Shown piece by piece: positions 39,153-50,900 of a DNA stretch of 64,000 nt. Every line of letters starts with the position of its first letter. Positions within the stretch are counted from its first letter, which is position 1. The DNA is from Heterodontus francisci. Its lineage: Eukaryota. The notes under the pieces are model-generated. The model did no database searches, was not told the origin of the DNA, and saw only the letters and a list, made by a program, of their open reading frames with translations. Location of the stretch: NCBI RefSeq assembly GCF_036365525.1, contig NC_090395.1, positions 65,373,326 through 65,437,325 of the forward strand, read 5' to 3'. The translations under genes and the position numbers were made by a program.

Positions 39153-39693
39153 AAACTCTCACCTTAAACTGGACACAAATTTAATCCGACTGCATGAAAA
39201 AAGAGGCCTTTTTAAGAGTCTGGACTGTTCATTATTGGACTGTGCCAGTGGAATTTGGTGAGAGTTGGCCTGTTCATCAGTTGATGTCTGATAAAGTGCG
39301 AGACGTGCCAGAGGTGAACTCGACTGAAAGGGGTGCAGTGTTGTTGGTCTAATAAAACAGAAAATGTTGGAAATACTCAGCACGTCTGGCAGCATCTGTG
39401 TCAAGAGAGTCATAATTGCAGCAGCTTATTCGGGAGCAGAGAGTGCGAGCGAGTGATCAGCTGGGAAGGGGGCTGCTGGGTAAGTGAAACCCTATATATT
39501 TGGGCCGTTTCTGAACCCGAGACACTACACGGGTAGTGTCTCCCACCCGCCCTCCTCCTCTAACCAAAAAAAAAAGGACTCGGTGGTGTGTAGATAAGGT
39601 AAGGCTTTTTCTATTTCTCTTTTTTTTTATCGTGTGATTGGTAAAAACTTTTCGTTCCTTTTTCATTTAACTAAGTTAAGCTTAAGATGAAAA

Positions 39694-40641
39694 ATGGCAG
39701 GAGATCTCAGACCCGTGTCATGCTCCTCTTGCTCAATGTGGGAGCTCAGGGACACGGCTGATGTCCCTGACTCCTTCACGTGCAGGAAGTGTGTCCAGCT
39801 GCAGCTCTTGTTAGACCGCATGACGGCTCTGGAACTGCGGATGGACTCACTTTGGAGCATGCGCGATGCTGAGGAGGTCGTGGATAGCACGTTTAGCGAA
39901 TTGGTCACACCGCAGATTAGGATTGCTGAGGGAGAAAGGGAATGGGTGACCAACAGGCAGAGAAAGAGCAGGAAGGCAGCGCAGGAGTCCCCTGCGGTCA
40001 TCTCCCTCCAAAACAAGTATACCGTTTTGGATACTGTTGAGGGAGATGGCTCACTAGGGGAAGGCAGCAGTAGCCAGGTTCATGGCACCATGGCTGGCTC
40101 TGCTGTTCGGAAGGGCGGGAGAAAGAGTGGAAGGGCTATAGTCATCGGGGATTCGATTGTAAGGGGAGTAGATAGGCGGTTCTGTGGTCGAAAACGAGAC
40201 TACCGAATGGTATGTTGCCTCCCAGGTGCACGGGTCAGGGATGTCTCAGATCGGCTGCAGAACATTCTGAAGGGGGAGGGTGAACAGCCAGTTGTCGTTG
40301 TGCACATAGGCACCAATGATATAGGTAAAAAACGGGATGAGGTCCTACAAGCAGAATTTAGGGAGTTAGGAGCCAAGTTAAAAAGTAGGACCTCAGAGGT
40401 AGTAATCTCAGGATTGCTACCAGTGCCACGTGATAGTCAGAGTAGAAATGAAAGAATAGTCAGGATGAATGTGTGGCTTGAGAGATGGTGCAGGAAGGAG
40501 GGGTTCAGATTTTTGGGACATTGGGACCGGTTCTGGGGGAGGTGGGACTATTACAAATTGGACGGTCTACACCTGGGCCGGACTGGAACCAATGTCCTTG
40601 GGTGTGCTTTTGCTAACGCTGTTGGGGAGGGTTTAAACTAA
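39694..40641 (+). CDS. CR1 ORF1p: zinc finger/leucine zipper plus SGNH esterase domain, 315 aa
   Basis: CxxC...CxxC, coiled coil, GDS, GTND and DGLH motifs; its stop overlaps the ORF2 start (TAATG). Confidence 0.9.
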   Translation: MAGDLRPVSCSSCSMWELRDTADVPDSFTCRKCVQLQLLLDRMTALELRMDSLWSMRDAEEVVDSTFSELVTPQIRIAEGEREWVTNRQRKSRKAAQESPAVISLQNKYTVLDTVEGDGSLGEGSSSQVHGTMAGSAVRKGGRKSGRAIVIGDSIVRGVDRRFCGRKRDYRMVCCLPGARVRDVSDRLQNILKGEGEQPVVVVHIGTNDIGKKRDEVLQAEFRELGAKLKSRTSEVVISGLLPVPRDSQSRNERIVRMNVWLERWCRKEGFRFLGHWDRFWGRWDYYKLDGLHLGRTGTNVLGCAFANAVGEGLN

Positions 40642-43597
40642 TGTGGCAGGGGGATGGGAACCAAATGAGGAGGTCAGTGGACAGTAAGGAGGTAGTAACG
40701 AAAGCCTGTAAGGAACTAGATAATGAAGTCAGCGTGACTAAGGGAAAGAGTAGGCAGGGAGCAGATGATGAACGCAAAGGGAGTGGTGGTCTGAGGTGCA
40801 TTTGTTTTAATGCAAGAAGTGTAGTAGGTAAGGCAGATGAACTTAGGGCTTGGATTAGTACCCGGGAGTATGATGTTATTGCTATTACTGAGACTTGGTT
40901 GAGGGAAGGGCATGATTGGTAACTAAATATCCCAGGATATCGATGCTTCAGGCGGGATAGAGAGGGAGGTAAAAGGGGTGGAGGAGTTGCATTACTGGTC
41001 AAAAAGGATATCACAGCTGTGCTGAAGGAAGGCACTATGGAGGACTCGAGCAGTGAGGCAATATGGGCAGAACTCAGAAATAGGAAGGGTACGGTAACAA
41101 TGTTGGGGCTGTACTACAGGCCTCCCAACAGCGAGCGTGAGATAGAGGTACAGATATGTAAACAGATCATGGAAAGATGTAGGAGCAACAGGGTGGTGGT
41201 GATCGGAGATTTTAATTTTCCCAACATTGACTGGGATTCACTTAGTGTTAGAGGTCTAGATGGAGAAGAATTTGTCAGGAGCATCCAGGAGGGTTTTCTA
41301 GAGCAGTATGTAAATAGTCCAACTCGGGAAGGGGCCATACTGGACCTGGTGTTGGGGAATGAGCCCGGCCAGGTGGTTGAAGTTTCAGTAGGGGACTACT
41401 TTGGGAATAGTGATCGCAATTCCGTAAGCTTTAAAATATTCATGGACAAAGACGAGAGTGGTCCTAAAGGAAGAGTGCTAAATTGGGGAAGGCCAACTAT
41501 ACCAAAATTCGGCAGGAGCTGGGGAATGTAGATTGGGAGCAGCTGTTTGAAGGTAAATCCACATGTGATATGTGGGAGGCTTTTAAAGAGAGGTTGATTA
41601 GTGTGCAGGAGAGACATGTTCCTGTGAAAATGAGGGATAGAAATGGCAAGATTAGGGAACCAAGGATGACAGGTGAAATTGTGAGACTAGCTAAGAGGAA
41701 AAAGGAAGCATACATAAGGTCTAGGTGGCTGAAGAAAGACGAAGCTTTTAAAGAATATCGGGAATGTAGGACCAATCTGAAACGAGGAATTCAGAGGGCT
41801 AAAAGGGATCATGAAATATCTTTAGCAAACAGGGTTATGGAAAATCCCAAAGCCTTTTATTCATATATAAGGAGCAAGAGGGTAACTAGAGAAAGGATTG
41901 GCCCACTCAAGGACAAAGGAGGAAAGTTATGCGTGGAGTCAGAGAAAATGGGTGAGATTCTAAACGAGTACTTTGCATCGGTATTCACCGAGGAGAGGGA
42001 CATGAAGGATGTTGAGGTTAGGAACAGATGTTTGATTACTCTAGGTCAAGTCGGCATAAGGAGGGAGGAAGTGTTTGGTATTCTAAAAGGCATTAAGGTG
42101 GACATGTCCCCAGGTCCGGATGGGATCTATCCCAGGTTACTGTGGGAAGCGAGAGAGGAAATAGCTGGGGCCTTAACAGATATCTTTGCAGCATCCTTAA
42201 ACACGGGTGAGGTCCCGGAGGACTGGAGAATTGCTAATGTTGTCCCCTTGTTTAAGAAGGGTAGCAGGGATAATCCAGGTAATTATAGACCGGTGAGCCT
42301 GACGTCAGTGGTAGGGAAGCTGCTGGAGAAGTTACTGAGGGATAGGATCTATTCCCATTTGGAAGAAAATGGGCTCATCAGTGATAGGCAACATGGTTTT
42401 GTGCAGGGACGGTCATGTCTTACCAACTTAATAGAATTCTTTGAGGAAGTGACAAAGTTGATTGATGAGGGAAGGGCTGTAGATGTCATATACATGGACT
42501 TCAGTTAGGCGTTTGATAAGGTTCCCCATGGTAGGCTGATGGAGAAAGTGAAGGCACATGGGGTCCAAGGTGTACTAGCTAGATGGATAAAGAACTGGCT
42601 GGGCAACAGGAGACAGAGAGTAGCAGTGGAAGGGAGTTTCTCAAAATGGAGACGTATGACCAGTGGTGTTCCACAGGGATCCGTGCTGGGACCACTGTTG
42701 TTTGTGATATACATAAATGATTTGGAGGAAAGTATAGGTGGTCTGATTAGCAAGTTTGCAGATGACACTAAGATTGGTGGAGTAGCAGATAGTGAAGGGG
42801 ACTGTCAAAGAATACAGCAGAATATAGATAGACTGGAGAGTTGGGCAGAGAAATGGCAGATGGAGTTCAATCAGGGCAAATGCGAGGTGATGCATTTTGG
42901 AAGATCCAATTCAAGAGTGAACTATACAGTAAATGGAAAAGTCCTGGGGAAAACTGATGTACAGAGAGATTTGGGTGTTCAGGTCCATTGTTCCCTGAAG
43001 GTGGCAACGCAGGTCAATAGAGTGGTCAAGAAGGCATACGGCATGCTTTCCTTCATCGGACGGGGTATTGAGTACAAGAGTTGGCAGGTCATGTTACAGT
43101 TGTAACGGACTTTGGTTCGGCCACATTTGGAATACTGCGTGCAGTTCTGGTCGCCACATTACCAAAAGGATGTAGATGCTTTGGAGAGGGTGCAGAGGAG
43201 GTTCACCAGGATGTTGCCTGGTATGGAGGGCGCTAGCTATGAAGAGAGGTTGAGTAGATTAGGATTATTTTCATTAGAAAGACGGAGGTTGAGGGGGGAC
43301 CTGATTGAGGTGTACAAAATCATGAGAGGTATAGACATGTTGGATAGCAAGAAGCTTTTTCCCAGAGTGGGGGATTCAATAACTAGGGGTCACGAGTTCA
43401 AAGTGAAAGGAGAAAAGTTTAGGGGGGATATGCGTGGAAAGTTCTTTACGCAGAGGGTGGTGGGTGCCTGGAACGCGTTGCCAGCGGAGGTGGTAGACGC
43501 GGGCACGATAGCGTCTTTTGAGATGTATCTGGACAGATACATGAATGGGCAGGAAGTAAAGAGATACAGACCCTTAGAAAATAGGCGTCATGTTTAG
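40641..43597 (+). pseudogene. CR1 ORF2 (APE endonuclease + reverse transcriptase), disrupted
   Basis: ITETW, GDFN, PQGSVLGP and FADD motifs; stops ending at 40922, 42508 and 43105, and a frameshift near 41485. Confidence 0.92.
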
Positions 43598-44469
43598 ATA
43601 GAGCATCTGGATCGGCGCAGGCTTGGAGGGCCGAAGGGCCTGTTCCTGTGCTGTAATTTTCTTTGTTCTTTGCTCTTTTATAATTAACGTTTTAGGTGAA
43701 TAACCTTTCATTTCAGGTTTGCAGCATCTGCAGTATTTTACTTCCTTTGGGCTACCTGGTGATTATGTGGCATTGATGGCTGGGGTGTCAAAAATAGATA
43801 GCTTCTCCACCTGTTGCGATTGTGTTGGGACAGCAGGCGATGAAAAAATGGAAATAAGTTAAAATGAATTACACAACTGCAGTGATCTCTTCCACAAAGC
43901 AGTTCAACCACCTTTAATTTTACGAGGCGTGATCAGACTTCTAGTTTATTGAAGAACAATTAATTTTGCAATATAGGTGACTTCCATGAAAAAAATACAG
44001 TTGATTTTTGCACAAAGTTACAGCAACATTGAGCACAACAAAAATCAGTTCACATTATGAAGCTAATTTCCCACTGCGCGCTTCTGACAGCCTCACCCAC
44101 CTGGAGTGTGCAGCAGAGTGTGCATGTTGTACAAGCACACAATTTTCTGAACATTTACTTTAAATGATTGGGGAATCATGCCGGAGTTTCCCAGCTGCTG
44201 AAGCTTCCTGGCAAAGGGCGAAGCCAGAAGATGATCCCAGGTATATATTCCAGGACATTCCATGGGGATTTTCCCAAACTCCCATGGTATCCTTGATGGG
44301 ATATTGGGACAAACACTGTGAGGTTACTGCACGAGGTCAGGAGAACCTCTGAAGAATTTCCAGTCCATTATATACATTGAAAATACAAACACATTGAATG
44401 GAAAAAAGTCAATTCAGTTGTCAACACTGAGGGCTGATGAACCAATGCTTTGGCAAATTGTTATCCATT

Positions 44470-45048
44470 GTTAACCTACAAATCTTTATTGTGTAAAATC
44501 TAGTCACAGCTATAAGTGTTGTGGCCCCAGTTTAAACTTATAGGTCTAGAAACTACGGTAAATGTGAACATTTGCACTTCAACCATTCAGTAATGGGACA
44601 GAAATGTGGCAGTCATTACTACAGTAATGCATCATGCACATGAATCTCACCTTTTAAAAAGCTGAAGTGAGAAACATTCATTTAAGATGAGTAGATTCAA
44701 ATATTTTTTCCACATTCTTTGTTTCTGGCATTGCTGGAACTATTCTGTACTCCTCTGTTGTTGTGGGATTAACTAACCCTTGATGATAGTTTCAAATTAT
44801 TCTGCAAGAGACCTATTTACAGTATTTACCCTGCATTTGCTCTTCATACATCTTAAAGAGAATTAGTGATTTTGAAAGAACAGAGCAGGGTTATTGTAAA
44901 ATATCTTTCAGTCAGTCCATGCCAGACATATGCCGAATAAGGGCACGATGAGGATAGTTTTGCAATTCGGTTGACTGGACATTCTGCAGTGCACTGAAGG
45001 TGTTGATGAATCATGAGACAGTAATGTAAAATTACACATCCTATTGCC
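44470..45048 (-). other. Probable non-coding terminal (3' UTR) exon of gene A
   Basis: Strong acceptor CCTTTGTTTTTGGCTTCCAG|G at 45049-45050 downstream of the post-stop donor at 47810; minus-strand AATAAA at 44485-44490; non-repetitive sequence. Confidence 0.45.
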
Positions 45049-45532
45049 CTGGAAGCCAAAAACAAAGGATAGTTCATATATCGCAATGTAGAATGCTTGC
45101 TTTATGTTAAGTGTCAATTTGTGCTTAGCAATCATTACGTTATTACACAGTCAATAAAAAAGAACATCGAAACGATTGAATTAAGGAAATGTGTTCAGAA
45201 AATGGATCATTCTTAAATATAGCACAAGCTGAATTTTAAGCTGTTTCATTTTCTGGGCTCATCAAGGATAGGAACCACAATGCTGGAGAATAAGGACCCT
45301 TTCCTTCTTCTCTCAGCATTGTGTTAGGTAATCTAACCTGGACTGAATTCTTCTGAAACTGCGATCAGGTGCTTTGTTGGACTAGGTTAGAAAAAACATT
45401 ATTATTCAGTGCCGGATACTGACAATGAGGGAGCAATGTGGAAAAGTTGTTGCTGCTGGGCTGAGTGGCCTCCTTCTTTGATGTATCATTCTAATGATTC
45501 TATGGTAAAATTACTCATCACTTCCCCAATGA

Positions 45533-47450
45533 CATTGGATTTTAACTTTTCGACATGCTGGCTGCAGGGGAGCCCAGCAGCATATGAGGAAGTTGCTGAA
45601 ACCCATCAATCAGTGACTTCTATACGCAGCCAATGCATTAGCATCTGAAGTCTGGCTTTCCCAACAATTAGCTCAAGTGGGTGTGATGATGAACTGCATC
45701 TGCCTATTTCAGCTCAACTATTTAAAAGGACACTGCGAGGAACAGACTATTAAAGGTATTTAAACAGAGCCAATACCTGGAGCTATGGACACTTAATGTT
45801 GCAAGGCAGCACCATGCTTTGCTGATGCCCCCCGATAGCTGATGCTGCAGCTGTAAGGGCCCATAGGGAGACTCTGTTTCCTGCCAATGGGAGAAAGAAG
45901 CCTGCCACAGAGGTGAGGTTGGAAGTCACTGAGGAGATCAGCAACAGGAGTAGGATACTCCTTCAGCTGGAAGAGTTTTAATGATCTAATCAGGGCAGGG
46001 AAGGTGAGTGGCATGGCACATTCAAGTATAGTCTGATGTGCGTCTTACCCTAATTCCACTCAATCTGCCTTCCCAACCCTTCTCTTGCACATCTCTCCTC
46101 ATACCAACACACCTTGCAGGTGCACCCATCCCTCCCTGTCTAGGCACTTTCTCACATCCCCATCTGACCATCCACCAACTGACACTCACCCCCATCTTAA
46201 TGCAATGTCACACCCATCCCTCGCAGTGACCTTCCACATGTTGTCCTTCTATCCTCTCAACACATTCCGTTTCACACGCTCATAGTTCTCTTATTTCCCT
46301 CCTTGCAGGTGATGAGAGCACAGAATGCCAGGGAAAGGCAGAGAACCCTAAGTGGCCCTCCAGCCGTCTCCACATTGACAGCTGCAGAAGATAAGCTGAG
46401 TTTAGGCATGCCTGGCCTTTGGAGATGGTGAGATGGGGGCCTCCCAGCTACTTGGTGATGGAATTAAATATCACACATAGCAAAGCATGCACTCATGTTG
46501 ACTTGATGAAAGATGATAATGTGCACACTGTTGATGGCACCTTCTTACCCTGAAAGTTCTAATTCATGCCTGTTATCTCCCACATGCTTTTCAAGCATTC
46601 CACAGCAGGAAGAGGATGAAGACGCCTTAGAGGAGGCCATTCACTCTGAGGATATGCTGTCACAGGACTTATTTTTATTCCTTCATGAGATGTGGGTATT
46701 ACTGGCAAGTCCAGCATTTGCTGCCCATTCCTAATTGCCCTTGACAACTGAATAGCTTGCTAGGCCATTTCAGAGGGCAGTTAAGAGTCAACCACATTGC
46801 TGTGGCTCTGGAGTCACATGTAGGTCAGACCAGGTAGGGACGGCAGATTTCCTTCTCAAAAAGACATTAGTGAACCGGATGGGTTTTTACAACAATTTAT
46901 GACAGTTTCATGGCACCATTACTGAGACTAGCTTTCAATTCTAGATTTTCATGAATTAATTGTGGGGTTTGAACCCATGCAGGGCATTAACCTGGCCCTC
47001 TGGATTACTATTTCAGTGACATTACCAATACGCCACCACCTCCCCATGCGTTCATGCATACTGTCCATTGGCACACAACAGGTCCTGTGAGTAAAAGACT
47101 TTCACTTAGGCAAGGAAACAGGTGTGAAGTCTCAGGATTTAAAGGATTTTCTTGCCTGTCACTTGTTCAGCCCCCTCAAATCCTACTGTCCTGTCAGCTT
47201 GATTTTCCTGGTGAGTTCCATGGAACTCAGGAAACCCATGCACACACATTTAAATTCAGAAATACCTGTTAAAACAGCTGATAATGAGGTATTTGCATAA
47301 TTACCAACCTGCCTGTCCTTTGGGAGTTTTTCCATACACAGCAAATCACGCTGAGGTTAAAGGTGGAAGTCGGCAGGTTACTGTTGGTTTCCCAATGCAC
47401 CGTCAATTTCGGCCCCTTTTACCAGTCGCCCACTCACAAACATTAACTTT
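45533..47450 (+). mobile_element. Decayed PIF/Harbinger element with Myb/SANT-like gene relic
   Basis: ~45800-46013 gives AAPCFADA..AVRAHRETLFPANGRKKPATEVRLEVTEEISNRS..KSFNDLIRAGK|gtgagt across frameshifts; the next exon from ~46309 gives VMRAQNARERQRTLSGPP; element ends are approximate. Confidence 0.6.
46673..47040 (-). mobile_element. tRNA-derived SINE sharing its 3' tail with the LINE at 10180-10730
   Basis: tRNA-like head at ~46960-47040 and AAGGGCAATTAGG..GGGCA tail; second copy at ~12420-12835. Confidence 0.7.
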
Positions 47451-47823
47451 TTCAAGTTTAAACTCACCCCATTGAGCTTTGGGGCATTTTTAAATATATG
47501 TTCTGTACTAATCATGCTACATTGGTAAAATATTACATATTAATGCACTTAATATTCCGAATCTAGTGTGTCCCACATTTAGAAAATTCATTAAATAAAT
47601 GCTAACTGCATCTACATTTAAGCTTTGAAAGCTGCTTGACTGGGTCAATAAAAAATCTTCCCTAAACATGATCTCAATATAAGATAAAATGCAAGTCTTC
47701 TGGTTGTTATCCTTTCTAAAATATTTATAATGAGTAGGTTATAAAAACTTCATCCAAAGTTTTTGTAGTCAAGCTTAAATGCACAGAAATGATTAAAATC
47801 AACAACTTACCAGTTTTCATCAT

Positions 47824-47923
47824 CTATATTTTCAGTTTGACTAAAAGGGCCCAAACAAGCAGAATGGCAAAGAATGCCCAGCGTAAAATGCTCCATATAA
47901 AATAGTACAGAGAATTATTTTGC
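47824..47923 (-). CDS. Gene A exon 4, transmembrane helix with Arg and very short tail
   Basis: Acceptor TTTTGTCTTCTATCTACCTAG|; encodes QNNSLYYFIWSILRWAFFAILLVWALLVKLKI*; the exon continues 13 nt past TAG to a G|GTAAGT donor (exon end 47811). Confidence 0.88.
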
Positions 47924-50900
47924 CTAGGTAGATAGAAGACAAAATGGTTTAATCAAAATAGTTTTCCATATCCAGAGTTACCTTGGATGTATGAATTATT
48001 TGGTTACACTTGTGATGGAAGGTAACAAGTTTTTCTACTGTCCTGCTCCTGGTGCATGCTGGGAAATGACACACTTTGACCCATGACATTCCATCTATTA
48101 AAATTAGTGGACAGTCAGTATTGAGTTGGAAAGTGCACTGTCTCCCAGTATTAGCTTGTACCAAGAGCATTGAAGTGGCAAATCTCCAGTTTCCTTCTCT
48201 CATTAGATATGATAGCATAATGACAGCATAGTATCACGAAATCAGCTTCTATTGATATCCATGTGCTACAAGAATACTTGCTAACGTTAAAAGTAGAAAC
48301 AGAAATGCTAACGTTAAAAGTAGAAACAGAAAATGTGGAAACAGGCCAGTCAGCAATTACAGACAGAGTAGCTGAGTTGAACATTTCAGGTGTAGACTCT
48401 TCATCAGAACTGAAATGTTACCTTGCCTGTTTTCCCCACAGATGTTGACTGCCCTTTACCATCATTTCCTGATTTTGATTCAGAAATCCAGCATCTACAG
48501 GACTTTTGTTGTCAATAAAATGTATTTTTATGTTTTGATTTAAACATACAATCAATACTGTGAACAAAAGATGTGGGTAGGCTGTTGTTTGCGAGTTTTA
48601 AGTGCAATACTTAATGAAGAAAAAGAAATTGGGGCCAATTTTAATTCTGCAGGCAAGAAATACACAGGATCGGGTGGAACCCAGCTTTTACACCTGGCAA
48701 ATATTAAATTGCGGGTGGGGGATGGTTGGAAAACCAATATTGCACCTGATCCCATCAGTTTCCTGACAGACGCATCAGTTTCCTGACAGACGCATTGGGT
48801 TAAAATTGCTCCGTTAGAAACAGTCTATGACAGGTTAAAATACTTTTTTAGAATATATTCCTTGCACAGTTTGAAACAATGCAGGGCTCTTGGGTGTATC
48901 GGACTTTCATAGACCTCCATCATGTGAAGTAATGAATGAATAATGCTAAATTTCAATCCGTGGGGGTTTAGCGCTTGGAATTTCTACGACTGATCTCGCA
49001 CTTTGGCCATTTGTACCATTTCTCTTGGGTTTTCACCAATTTCCTGCTGAGGTTATGGCGAGAGATGGGGAGAAGCCCCATGAGAATTTGCGCACAGATC
49101 TTTAACTAAAACTAATCAAAGATCTTTTTTTATGTCCTGGTAATTTTTTCAAGTGTAATAAATTGATGACTTTGGTGGCTAAAGGATGGCAAATTACAAT
49201 GTACCATTGGTGCAAGTGAGGATTCAGTTCTGTGTCTGTGGCTTGATTTTAACTATTGGGTGTCCAGGTGTGCGAGACGGCCGACTGATAGTGCTGTCTG
49301 TCCTGACTTTTACTTCTATTGACTTCAACAGGACAAGATCTACAACTGGCTGCCACACACACTTTGCATTATTGCATAAAGGCAAAAATGCCCCCTTTTG
49401 ATTCTGGTATGGGTGTTAAAGATGCATTTCCTTCCACAGGACTGACCTCCCACACTTTGGGCAATTATCCACCTGTACCTTCTCAGAATCTCTCATATTG
49501 CAGTAGGACATTACTCATTATTGTGGTTAGGAACATAGCAAAATAGAAAATTTAAGGCACAGAAAGAGGCCATTCGGCCCATCATGTCTGTGCCCGCCAA
49601 AAGATAATCCAGCCTAATCCCTCTTGGTCATTAGTCCTATAGGTTATGACACTTCAAGTGCATATCCAAGAGTTTTTTTTTTAGAACAATGAGGGTTTCT
49701 GCCTCTACCATCCTTTCAAGTAGTGGGTTCTGGATCCTCTCTGGGTGAAAAAAACTTTTCCTCAACTCCCCTCTAATCCTTTTCACAATTACTTTAAATC
49801 CATGCCCGCTGGTTATTGACCTCTCTTCTAAGGGAAATAGGTCCTTCCTATCCACTATATCTAGGCTCTCAAAATTTTATACATCTCAATTAAATCTCCC
49901 TTCAGACTCCTCTGTTCCAAAGAAAAGAACCCCAGCCTACCCAATCTTTCCTCATAGCTAAACATTCCTGACAATAGCCTCATAAATCTCCAATGTACCC
50001 TGTCTCCAGTATGATCAGAATTGTGCAGAGGCAGATGTCCAGAATGGTCCAGTTTAAGTAGGTATGCCATTTACCTTAGGATTTCCTTGCCCGATGGATC
50101 ACCTGAGATTGAAGGAAGTAACTTGTAACCTGTTAAAAATTACATAAATGATTGATTATATAGATTATACTGTCAAATTGTGGTTCACATCAGTCTTAGC
50201 CATCAGAGATAAATTTATACTGATTTGTGATAAAAAAGATGGAAAATTTCATGGGGATAGAATTAGTACCAAAATGAAACACTTTGTCGTTTTTCACTAT
50301 TCTGCTGGCTTACTCTTAATTGAAAACTTTGGAAATTTTGAAAAATACATAATAAGTCATGCAGCAAATTATGTAAACTCAAAGGCATACAGCTGAAAAA
50401 TATACATGATAATAAAAAAATTCAGATCCTACCTTCATTGACTTTAAGTTCTACAGGACTTAAGATGTCCGACAAAAATCTTTCAATTCCACACCAGTAC
50501 AAGCCTTGGTCATTCTTTGTTAATTGATTCATCGTTACTGAAAATTTTCCTGCTTCATTATCAGCAGCAATGGTTATTCTGCCATCAGAATTTGTCTTCC
50601 TCGGGCCTTGGGTTCGTACTAGAATAGTACAATCTTCCCAGTTGTCGCCTCTGCACCAGTACTTTTGAAAATTGCTGTAGAATTTGTTGTATGTACATGT
50701 GATATGGACTGATTGTCCCACTGACCCATTTACTATATCCGGTCCATCTAGTGCAGCGCATGTAACTGTTCAGTGTGAAATTAAAACACATGTTTTAATG
50801 TACAATAAAAGTAAATAAATGCAACAGTTTAATAGCATAGAGTGTATTTTGAATGTTTAAACTTTAAATATGTGCATTGAGACTCGTAAACTTACTCTGC

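Larger units (their letters stand above)
39418..43679 (+). mobile_element. Full-length CR1 LINE (intact ORF1, disabled ORF2)
   Basis: 5' UTR, ORF1 39694-40641, ORF2 40641-43597, CTTTGTT-type repeat tail; candidate TSD ATAATT at 39412-39417 and 43680-43685. Confidence 0.95.

Noticed and set aside
48277-48332. Short direct repeats here and at 9137-9200 and 48755-48796
   Set aside because: Two-copy local duplications; no array structure, not CRISPR
50422-50432. V-exon read-through (GRI* in gene A; GRTQMYVY* at 22923-22948 in gene B) as soluble isoforms
   Set aside because: Both donors are canonical and the nearby AATAAA motifs are on the wrong strand; no positive evidence
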